Both the position numbers and the translations under genes were made by a program. Below the pieces are notes generated by a model that saw only the letters and a list, made by a program, of their open reading frames with translations, made no database searches and was not told where the DNA came from. From the NCBI GenBank assembly GCA_046484135.1, contig JAWOBU010000203.1, forward strand, positions 1-14,552: a DNA stretch of 14,552 nt, in the 5' to 3' direction. Shown here piece by piece: positions 6,738-13,870 of this stretch. The number at the start of each line of letters is the position of its first letter. Positions within the stretch are counted from its first letter, which is position 1. This stretch comes from a bacterium (GTDB taxonomy: Bacteria > RBG-13-61-14 > DATKZS01).

Positions 6738-7050
6738 TGGCTCATCAGGATTAAGCGTACTTGAACATGAAGTTTGACTGTTGTTGTAGTGGGGAACAAA
6801 GAAAATGGGACTTGGCGCAATGCGGATATTCTACTTGAATGGTCAACGAAAACATTGTAAGGCCTCAAAACAGCAAGAGTTCATTTTCTTTTTTCCCCAC
6901 AAATTCCACTTTAGCACAATCCGCATAAAACTTTGTCAAGGGCTCCCAAGGGGAGCCGCGCTTAAGTGCGGGCATGCCCCTTGACAAAGTTGCGGATTGT
7001 GCTTTAAAGCTCTACGGCGTCTCGAAAGTACGCTTAATCCTGATGAACCA
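6738..7050. repeat. Foldback element B: 313 bp with 25-bp terminal inverted repeats and two internal long hairpins (MITE-like or structured RNA)
   Basis: 6738-6762 TGGCTCATCAGGATTAAGCGTACTT against 7026-7050 AAGTACGCTTAATCCTGATGAACCA (24/25). Internal repeats: 6789-6807/6882-6900 (18/19) and 6913-6942/6978-7003 (26 bp with a 4-nt bulge). Confidence 0.8.
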
Positions 7051-7248
7051 GATTTATTTGGGATAAAGATCATTTTATACTTGTTTCCTCTCGCCTGTAA
7101 AATAGAGAGCTCTCGCGGGTGGTGCCCTCCTAAGCGGGCCTTGCCGAATATTATGATAAAATGTACGGGTGAACTTGTTCGAGGCTTTAAATCTGCCGTG
7201 TTGCATCAAGCTTTGCCGTCTCATGTTTCTTTGTCAGGGGGAGTCTGA

Positions 7249-7830
7249 TTGCTTACCGGGATGATCCTTGCCGGCGGAAAGAGCACCCGGATGGGCCGGG
7301 ACAAGGCCCTGCTCAAAGTCGAGGGCCTCACGGTCATCCGGCGGGTGGCTGACGCCCTTTCTCCGTGCTGTTCGCGGCTTGCGGTGGTTTGCGGTCCCGA
7401 CGACGACTACGGCTTCCTGGGCCTGCCCGTAATCCGCGATCTGGAGCCCGGCGAGGGCGTGTTCATGGGTCTTTACTCAGGCCTTTGCCGGATGGAGACC
7501 GAGCGGGCGCTGGTTGCGGGGTGCGACATGCCCTACATCCGGACCTCGCTGGCCGCCCACCTCGCAGAGCTCTCGGAAAGCGCGGACATCGTGGTCCCTC
7601 GCATCCGGGGAAACTATGAGCCGCTTTTTGCGACCTACTCCAAGGCCTGCCTCGCTCCGGCCCGCGACCTGCTCGACTCCGGCGAAAAAAGGATCAGAAA
7701 GCTCTACGAACTCGTACCCACCGGGGTGGTGGAAGAGGAAGAGATTAAAAGGTTCGACCCCGATCTTTCCACTTTCGTAAACCTTAACTTCCCAGCCGAC
7801 CTGGAAAAGATAGAGGGGAACGAAAAGTAA
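7249..7830 (+). CDS. mobA: Molybdenum cofactor guanylyltransferase
   Basis: ILAGGKSTRMGRDKALL, GCDMP, EPLFATYS, FVNLNFPADL; TTG start after GGGGAG. Confidence 0.93.
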   Translation: MLTGMILAGGKSTRMGRDKALLKVEGLTVIRRVADALSPCCSRLAVVCGPDDDYGFLGLPVIRDLEPGEGVFMGLYSGLCRMETERALVAGCDMPYIRTSLAAHLAELSESADIVVPRIRGNYEPLFATYSKACLAPARDLLDSGEKRIRKLYELVPTGVVEEEEIKRFDPDLSTFVNLNFPADLEKIEGNEK

Positions 7831-7831
7831 A

Positions 7832-7858
7832 CAGGGCGGCCCTTTTTCGACCGCCCTG
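7832..7858. terminator. GC-rich hairpin between the convergent mobA and oxidoreductase genes
   Basis: CAGGGCGG (7832-7839) pairs with CCGCCCTG (7851-7858); short T-run on the minus strand. Confidence 0.5.
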
Positions 7859-7882
7859 CAAGACGCTTTCATCTCTTCCCGA

Positions 7883-9958
7883 TCAGGCGGCTTCGCCTTC
7901 CTTGGAGCCGGCTTTCTCGAGGGCCTTGGCCACCAGCTCCACCACGTCCAAGGTCTGGACCTCTTCTTCCTTGTTAAGCTGTTTGACGCCGTCCTCGAAC
8001 ATGGTCAGGCAGAACGGGCAGGCCACGGATATGTCCTTGGCCCCCGTGTTCACCGCCTCCCGCGAGCGCTCGATAAATATCTTCTCGTGCCCGAGGTCCT
8101 CCTCCAGCCACATCCGGCCCCCGCCGGCGCCGCAACAGAAGCTCCGGCCGAAGCTCCTCTCCATCTCCCGGATGTTCACGCCCAGGCTCTTTATGATTTT
8201 GCGGGGAAGGTCGTAGATGTCGTTGTGCCGGCCCAGGTAACAGGAGTCGTGGAATGTAACGGTCGTGTCCAGGGTCTCGGGTATCTTCAGCCTGCCGCTT
8301 TGCAGAAGGTCCCAGATCAGCTCGGAAGCGTGATATACCTCCACGTCCCATACAAACTCCGGGTCCTCTTTCCTTATCTCATCCACGAACTGCGGGTACT
8401 CGTTCTTCAGGGTGTTGAAGCCGTGGGGACAGCAGGTGACGATCTTTTTGATCCCGTAGCTCTTCATGGTCTGCATGTTGGTGGTGGCCAGTATCTGGTA
8501 GAGGTACTCGTTGCCGAGCCGGCGGGCGGTGTCTCCGCAACAGCTTTCTTCCATTCCCAGGATGGCGAACTTGACGCCCGCGGCCTGGAGGATTTTCACC
8601 ATGGACTGGGCGATTTTCGTGTTCCGGTCGTCAAAAGCGCCTGCGCAGCCCACGTAGAAGCAGAACTCGGTGTCTTCCGGCACTCCGTCACCGTACACGG
8701 GCACGTCCAGCCCTTCGGCCCACGCGGCCCGCTGGTCAAATCCCACTCCCCAGGGGTTCGAGTTCTTCTCGGTGTTCTGGAGCGCGACCTGTCCCTCGGA
8801 GGGAAGGTTTCCTTCCATCAGGGTCAGGTAGCGGCGGAGGTCCACGAACTTCTGGATGTGTTCGTTCATGACCGGGCACTCGTACATGCAGGCGCCGCAG
8901 GTGGTGCACGACCAGAGCTCGTCCAGGCTCACCTGGTCCTCCCCGTCGCCGATCAAGGGAAGGCGCTCCGCCTCCTGGTCGCCGAGCTTGTCCTTTTCCG
9001 CAAGCATGGTGTGCTTGAGCGCCAGGTGAAGCTTCTTGGGAGAGAGCGGCTTGCCCGTGTAGTTGGCCGGACAGACCAGGTCACACCGGCCGCATTCCTG
9101 GCAGGTGATCGAGTCAAGAAGCTGTTTCCAGGTATACTCGGGAACACTGTTTACTCCCCAGCTCTCCCGCTCCTCGATGTCCTTTATGTACTCGAGCTTG
9201 CCGGTGGGCTCGAGCTTCGAGAAGAACACGTTGAAGGGCGCGGTCATGATGTGCTGGTGCTTGGACAGGGGAAGGAATATCAAAAAGCCGTAGAACACGA
9301 AGAAGTGGAGCCACCAGGAAAAGGCGTAAGCGTGAGGGGCCTTGGAAGCGCCGAACCCGCCTTCGCCCACGCCGAGCACCGCCCAGATACCGGCGAAGAG
9401 TTGGCTCATGTAGCCCCCCGGCATTTCTTCCGGGCCGTGCCAGCGGATTTCCGCGCCCGAGATCATGAGGTCGGTTATCATCATGGCGGTGATAAGCCCC
9501 AGGATGGCAAGCGCCTGGCCGGAAAGCTCCATCTCAGGCGGCTTTAGCACCAGCCTCCGGAAAAAGGCCCATCCCATGGCGATGATGACCAGCAGGATAA
9601 AAGTGTCCATTACCGCGTGGTACCACAAGTAGCCCTTGGTAAAGGGCAGGGACGCATGGCTGATGCCGTCCAATAAAAAGTTAACGATGGTCAGAAATAA
9701 AAGGACAAAGCCCCAGAAGATGATGAAATGGAAGGCACCGGCGGTAGGACGAAGAAGCAGCTTGCGCTGGCCCAGAACGTTGATTACAACCGCCCGGATG
9801 CGCTCGCCGATCCGGTCCCACCGAATCTCGTGTTCCCCCTGGACCAGAAGCTTTATGATCCGGTCCCATACCAGGTAGAGGAACAAAGCCACCGCCCCCA
9901 GAGATAAAACCACCTCTAGGACCGCGAAAAACATACTCTCTCCAGGAATCAACCACAT
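7883..9958 (-). CDS. Membrane-bound FeS oxidoreductase (NarI-like heme b domain, 2x[4Fe-4S], two CCG domains; FadF/HdrF/ETF:menaquinone oxidoreductase-like)
   Basis: Several N-terminal TM helices with His in FHFIIFWGF, WWLHFF and SKHQH; CQECGRCDLVCP and CTTCGACMYECP; CCG motifs YVGC..ESCCG..CCPHG and FHDSC..FCCGAGGG..ACPFC; AGGAGG ribosome-binding site. Confidence 0.92.
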   Translation of the reverse strand: MWLIPGESMFFAVLEVVLSLGAVALFLYLVWDRIIKLLVQGEHEIRWDRIGERIRAVVINVLGQRKLLLRPTAGAFHFIIFWGFVLLFLTIVNFLLDGISHASLPFTKGYLWYHAVMDTFILLVIIAMGWAFFRRLVLKPPEMELSGQALAILGLITAMMITDLMISGAEIRWHGPEEMPGGYMSQLFAGIWAVLGVGEGGFGASKAPHAYAFSWWLHFFVFYGFLIFLPLSKHQHIMTAPFNVFFSKLEPTGKLEYIKDIEERESWGVNSVPEYTWKQLLDSITCQECGRCDLVCPANYTGKPLSPKKLHLALKHTMLAEKDKLGDQEAERLPLIGDGEDQVSLDELWSCTTCGACMYECPVMNEHIQKFVDLRRYLTLMEGNLPSEGQVALQNTEKNSNPWGVGFDQRAAWAEGLDVPVYGDGVPEDTEFCFYVGCAGAFDDRNTKIAQSMVKILQAAGVKFAILGMEESCCGDTARRLGNEYLYQILATTNMQTMKSYGIKKIVTCCPHGFNTLKNEYPQFVDEIRKEDPEFVWDVEVYHASELIWDLLQSGRLKIPETLDTTVTFHDSCYLGRHNDIYDLPRKIIKSLGVNIREMERSFGRSFCCGAGGGRMWLEEDLGHEKIFIERSREAVNTGAKDISVACPFCLTMFEDGVKQLNKEEEVQTLDVVELVAKALEKAGSKEGEAA

Positions 9959-10057
9959 AAAACTGACCTCCTTTTCTTCGCAAAGGGAAAATGAAAACTA
10001 CTGGAGTTGATACCGGCCTTGGATAGATAAAAACAGCTTCTCCAGCAGGGACATCTT

Positions 10058-10086
10058 AGTATGCCAGAGCCGGTAAAAACTGTCAA
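10058..10086 (-). promoter_or_regulatory. Sigma70-type promoter for the FeS oxidoreductase
   Basis: TTGACA (10086-10081), 17-nt spacer ending in TGG, then CATACT (10063-10058). Confidence 0.6.
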
Positions 10087-10204
10087 GATGCCCGCAAAGC
10101 CGGTTGTGGGGCGCTGAAAGAAAAGCTGAAGAAAAGTCCCTCCTTTAAAATAACATCTTATTATGCCTGGACCTTAACTGATGGAACATGCTTATAAGAG
10201 GACT

Positions 10205-10702
10205 TTATTCTCTCTCCCCCTCGCGTCCGGAGCTTTGCCGAATCCTCTCGATGATGCCGCTGCTGGAACGGCCGGGAGTCATCTCGATCCGGGCCACCCT
10301 GCCGCCCCGGGATTTGACCTCGGCCGCGCCGATGATCCTGTCCTCCGGCCAGTCCGAGCCCTTGACCAGCACGTCCGGCTGAAGCTCCTTTATGAGCGCC
10401 AGAGGGTCGTCCTCCTCGAACACCACCACCGCGTCCACCGCGGCAAGGCCCGAAAGAACCGCAGCGCGGTCATCCTCGCAAACCACCGGCCGGTCCGGAC
10501 CCTTGATCCGAAACGTGCTCGAATCGCTGTTCATGCCCACTATAAGCAGGTCCCCCTCCGTCCGGGCGGCCTCCAGGTAATCCACGTGCCCCGCGTGAAG
10601 CACGTCGAAACAACCGTTGGTGAAAACCACCGTCCTGCCCTGCTCGGCCGCCAGCTTCCGGAGCCGCCGCGCTCCTTCCTTGCTTAATATCTTGTCCCGC
10701 AA
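10205..10702 (-). CDS. rfaE2: D-glycero-beta-D-manno-heptose 1-phosphate adenylyltransferase (RfaE domain II / HldC)
   Basis: VVFTNGCFDVLHAGHVDYL, GMNSDSS..KGPDRP, PDVLVKGSDW, GRSSS. Start moved from 10753 to the in-frame TTG at 10702, which lies 7 nt after GGAGG (10714-10710). Confidence 0.93.
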   Translation of the reverse strand: MRDKILSKEGARRLRKLAAEQGRTVVFTNGCFDVLHAGHVDYLEAARTEGDLLIVGMNSDSSTFRIKGPDRPVVCEDDRAAVLSGLAAVDAVVVFEEDDPLALIKELQPDVLVKGSDWPEDRIIGAAEVKSRGGRVARIEMTPGRSSSGIIERIRQSSGREGERE

Positions 10703-10762
10703 ACGTTGTCCTCCATTACTGTTGCTTCCGCATAAATCAATAAAGGGCCTCACCCGGGGCAG

Positions 10763-12121
10763 TCAGTCCTCCGGGCCCAGAAAGCCGTGATACCTGCCCA
10801 TCCAGTAAGCCAGGAGATAGTCAATACCGGGGTACACCTTGCGGGGATTGCCCCGCGAGTGTCCGGCGCACACCTTGTAAGGAGACCTCTGCCACAAGAA
10901 GTCGGTGGGACAACGATACCTGACCGGAACGGGCCGGAGCGACCGTAGCTTCGGACTGCACAGCTTTTTCCCTCGAAACCGTAACGAACAGAACTCCCGC
11001 TTGAGAGCGGAGTAAGGGCCTATATATTTCGCGGGCTGGTCCGGCACCAACTGTCGGTTGGGCGGCGACGGGAACTGGAGAAGCGCCTGTCCGGCTTCCT
11101 CCAGCACTTTTGCTGACGGCTCCTTCCTCATGGACTCGTAAACATAGTCGAAGAACACGTTGCCGATCCCCCGCGTGTAAGGCCTCACGAACAAGGAGAA
11201 GGCGGAAAAGTGAGCCTCCTGGCGGGCGGACGACCAGGCAAGCCGGTGTATGTTGTAGCCGCTCCGGTGATAGAACATGAGCGCGTAATACTCATAGAAG
11301 TTGTGGGCGGGCGTATCCATGTACTCGAGGCCCGTCCAGGGCAGAAAAAGCCGGGCCTGTTTTTCATAAAGCTCCCGGTAATCCGGCTCGCCGATAATCC
11401 GGGCCGCGCATAATGTCCACGCCACCCGAAAGCCGGGGAGGTACCAGACGTCGCCCGCGCCCGTCTTCTTGTCGTTTATGCCCCGGATTATAAAGTTGTT
11501 GCGCTCGAGGTAATCCATGAGCTCTTTTACGTCCGACCGGATAAGAGACCGCAACTTTGGATCATCAACCAGCTCGTAAGCAATAGCGGCGCCGAAGAAA
11601 AAGCCGTCGTACTGGTCCCGGCTGGTGTCCCCCAGCCAGTAATGGCCTTGATAGGTGCCGCCTTCCGCAAGATGACAGCGCTCTTCCTCCGAGCAAGGCT
11701 TGTCCGTAGGATCGTAAAAAGGAAGCTCGTGGGGACCCGCGTACCGGGCGATGTAGCCCGGCTTGCCCGTAACCCGCAGATGGTGGTGTAACGCCCGGGC
11801 CGCGTCCCGTGCGTTCTCTCTGGCCTCGGCCTCCCCGGTTACCGCGTAGCGGAAGGCCTGGCCGGCGAGATACATCCCCGTGTGGATGGTGGAATCGCCC
11901 TGCCCGTCGTAGTAATAAGGCTCGGCAAGACCCCGGTCCTTGAAAATCACCTCTACCGCGCCGCCCAGCCCCCGCGAATGATGCTTAACGTAATGAGCGT
12001 CATACCCGCGGGCCTTCTCCCGAAGCTCGCCGGAAAGCGCCGGAAGAGGAGTGATAAACAATACAACAAAGCTAAAGACCGCTATAACAGTTAAATGGAG
12101 GGAACGCGTCCTTGCTTTCAA
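10763..12121 (-). CDS. Secreted hypothetical protein, possibly a helical-barrel carbohydrate-active fold
   Basis: 452-aa ORF with TTG start after GGAGGAG and a signal peptide; motif-like segments GDSTIHTGMYLAGQAFRYAVTG, WLGDTSRDQYDG and PGIDYLLAYWMGRYHGFL. Confidence 0.75.
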   Translation of the reverse strand: MKARTRSLHLTVIAVFSFVVLFITPLPALSGELREKARGYDAHYVKHHSRGLGGAVEVIFKDRGLAEPYYYDGQGDSTIHTGMYLAGQAFRYAVTGEAEARENARDAARALHHHLRVTGKPGYIARYAGPHELPFYDPTDKPCSEEERCHLAEGGTYQGHYWLGDTSRDQYDGFFFGAAIAYELVDDPKLRSLIRSDVKELMDYLERNNFIIRGINDKKTGAGDVWYLPGFRVAWTLCAARIIGEPDYRELYEKQARLFLPWTGLEYMDTPAHNFYEYYALMFYHRSGYNIHRLAWSSARQEAHFSAFSLFVRPYTRGIGNVFFDYVYESMRKEPSAKVLEEAGQALLQFPSPPNRQLVPDQPAKYIGPYSALKREFCSLRFRGKKLCSPKLRSLRPVPVRYRCPTDFLWQRSPYKVCAGHSRGNPRKVYPGIDYLLAYWMGRYHGFLGPED

Positions 12122-12146
12122 AATAACAGCTCCTCCCTTTTAAAGT

Positions 12147-12294
12147 AGCATTTTACAAAAATCTTAATTCTGGCGGTGGGAGCGAGCTCCTGCTCGCGAT
12201 TTTTCGAGACCTGCCTGCCTGTGCGTGCCCGCACGCAGACAGGGCAGACAGGGAGGTCTCTCCCACCCTTTAGCCGGTATTTTTGCAAGAGGCT
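12147..12294. repeat. Nested palindromic element: degenerate outer inverted repeat, GTGG-REP doublet and two nested CCTG...CAGACAGG mini-hairpins
   Basis: Outer repeat 12147-12162/12279-12294 (13/16). REP GTGGGAGCGAGCTCCTGCTCGCGA at 12176-12199. Inverted REP at 12204-12266, interrupted by 12212-12250, which is itself interrupted by 12220-12241. Confidence 0.8.
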
Positions 12295-12300
12295 CAAAGC

Positions 12301-13137
12301 TCAAGGTATTTCGATAACCCTGCCTACGCCGTTATCCACGTAGTCATCGTCAAAAACCTCGGCGAAAACCTGCCGGCACTTGTCTCCCGAGCAGTGGCAC
12401 GGAGCAGCCTTTTTCACGCCCTGCTTCTTTAGCTCCTCCGCGGTCTCCAAGAGTCTCTCCCGCGGAGCTCCGCCCAAATGAAATCCTCCCAGCACCAGGT
12501 AAATCTTCTCGCCCGTTACTTCCTTCGCCTTTTCTACCATGCGCACCACACCCGGATGAGCGCAACCGGTAATAACCACCAGACCTTTATCGGTAGAGAC
12601 GAAAAAGGCCTGCTCCCGAATCCCGCCGCCCACCGGGCCGGTAACGCCGGCGCTCTCGCCGAGCTTATAAGCGGACGAGACCTCCACGTACCGCGTACTC
12701 CGGCTCTCCAGCTTGGATTGAAAGCCACTGCTAAAGCCGGTATGCCCGTAAACCGTAACCTCGCTGTTTTCGGAAAGCAACGCGGCGAGACCGCCGGTAT
12801 GGTCGAAATGGGGATGAGAAAAAACCACCGCATCCGCCGCAGAAGGCGAAAGCTCCAGTCTCTCCAGGTTGGAGAGAAGCACGGCACCGTCAGCGCCCGT
12901 ATCAAAAAACACAGCCTTGTCGTTTATCTTCACCAGGCAACTGAACCCCCAGCCGGTCTCCAGCTCCGGCCGGTACTCGTAGTTGTCAAAAACAGTAACC
13001 AGCCGGACATGCTCCGCGGCCTTTAGCTTTAAAACATTTTCATCCATCCCGGCCTCTCCTTTGCCGCACTCCGCGGATATAACAATACATCCCACCACAA
13101 TAAAAAGAAAAACAAGGATTTTTCTGTTCATCATCAT
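12301..13137 (-). CDS. Metallo-beta-lactamase-fold hydrolase (MJ0301/DHPS-like subgroup)
   Basis: TVFDN, WGFSCLV, FDTGA, SHPHFDHTGG, EQA, ITGCAHPG, GGFHL, PCHCSG. Start uncertain: 13137 (with a hydrophobic leader) or 13047 (after AGGAG). Confidence 0.9.
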   Translation of the reverse strand: MMMNRKILVFLFIVVGCIVISAECGKGEAGMDENVLKLKAAEHVRLVTVFDNYEYRPELETGWGFSCLVKINDKAVFFDTGADGAVLLSNLERLELSPSAADAVVFSHPHFDHTGGLAALLSENSEVTVYGHTGFSSGFQSKLESRSTRYVEVSSAYKLGESAGVTGPVGGGIREQAFFVSTDKGLVVITGCAHPGVVRMVEKAKEVTGEKIYLVLGGFHLGGAPRERLLETAEELKKQGVKKAAPCHCSGDKCRQVFAEVFDDDYVDNGVGRVIEIP

Positions 13138-13163
13138 TTATAATATCATAGTCGGGAGACACT

Positions 13164-13838
13164 ATGCATGAACCGGTTTACAGGGTGTTTGACGAAAAGC
13201 CCGGAGCTTACGACTCCTGGTACGACTCGGAGGTTGGAAGGCCACTTTACGAGTCCGAGCTTATATGCCTCAAGCCCTTACTTAACGGATTGGCCCGGCC
13301 CTGGCTGGAGTCCGGCGCCGGCACCGGCAGGTTTGCCGTGGTCTTGGGGATGGATTATGCCTCCGACCCTGCAGGGGGCGCCCTCCGGCTCGCCTCACAA
13401 AGAGGTGTCCGCGCGGTTATCTCCTGGGGTCAGCAGCTTCCCTTCAAGGACGAGTCCATGGGGGCCGTATTTATAATCTACGCCCTGCCCTTTGCCGGTG
13501 ACCAGGAAGGCATGGTCCAGGACGCAGCCCGCGCAGCCATGTCCGGCGGGCACGTGGTTCTGGGAGTGGTTCCTGCCGAAAGCGAGTGGGGGAGGTTTTA
13601 CTCGGACAAGGCCCGCCAAAACGATTCCTTTTTCACAGGCGCGGTCTTTCTGCCGCTGGCCCAAGTGCTGGAGATGGCATCTGGAGCCGGACTCTTACTG
13701 GAGACGGCGAACTCGACCTTGTATCAGTCTCCCTTGAGCCACTCCTTCCACAAGGAAGAAAGCCGAAGCGGGGCTGACCCTGAAGCAGGGTTCGTGGCTC
13801 TCCGGTTTAAAAAAACACGGCAGGGACGCCATGATTAA
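13164..13838 (+). CDS. Class I SAM-dependent methyltransferase
   Basis: AYDSWY N-terminal motif, LESGAGTGRFA motif I, LPFKDES, GGHVVLG; GGGAG ribosome-binding site. Confidence 0.88.
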   Translation: MHEPVYRVFDEKPGAYDSWYDSEVGRPLYESELICLKPLLNGLARPWLESGAGTGRFAVVLGMDYASDPAGGALRLASQRGVRAVISWGQQLPFKDESMGAVFIIYALPFAGDQEGMVQDAARAAMSGGHVVLGVVPAESEWGRFYSDKARQNDSFFTGAVFLPLAQVLEMASGAGLLLETANSTLYQSPLSHSFHKEESRSGADPEAGFVALRFKKTRQGRHD

Positions 13839-13870
13839 CATTGTTCCATTAAAGATATAGAGCAGTCGTG

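Noticed and set aside
7024..7050. Hammerhead ribozyme (GAAA 7024-7027 and CTGATGA 7040-7046; mirror CTGATGAG on the minus strand near 6741-6748)
   Set aside because: Only 12 nt separate GAAA and CTGATGA, too few for stems I and III. The minus-strand copy is followed by GGCGCAAAA rather than stem II plus GAAA.
6500..7050. CRISPR array or autonomous IS element
   Set aside because: The repeats are inverted and non-periodic, there are no spacers, and no cas or transposase gene is in the window.
7051..7248. Moco riboswitch or ModE box upstream of mobA
   Set aside because: I could not recognise the conserved elements by eye; only short palindromes and -10-like TAAAAT hexamers are present. An Rfam scan would settle it.
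6650..7248. ORFs 6650..6868 (-) and 6997..7248 (+)
   Set aside because: They run across the inverted-repeat arms, use TTG starts without a convincing ribosome-binding site, and show no protein motifs.
8087..9547. 486-aa plus-strand ORF
   Set aside because: Antisense shadow of the FeS oxidoreductase.
10703..10753. 17-aa N-terminal extension of RfaE2 in the ORF track
   Set aside because: A GGAGG site and the start of family similarity (DKIL) favour the TTG at 10702.
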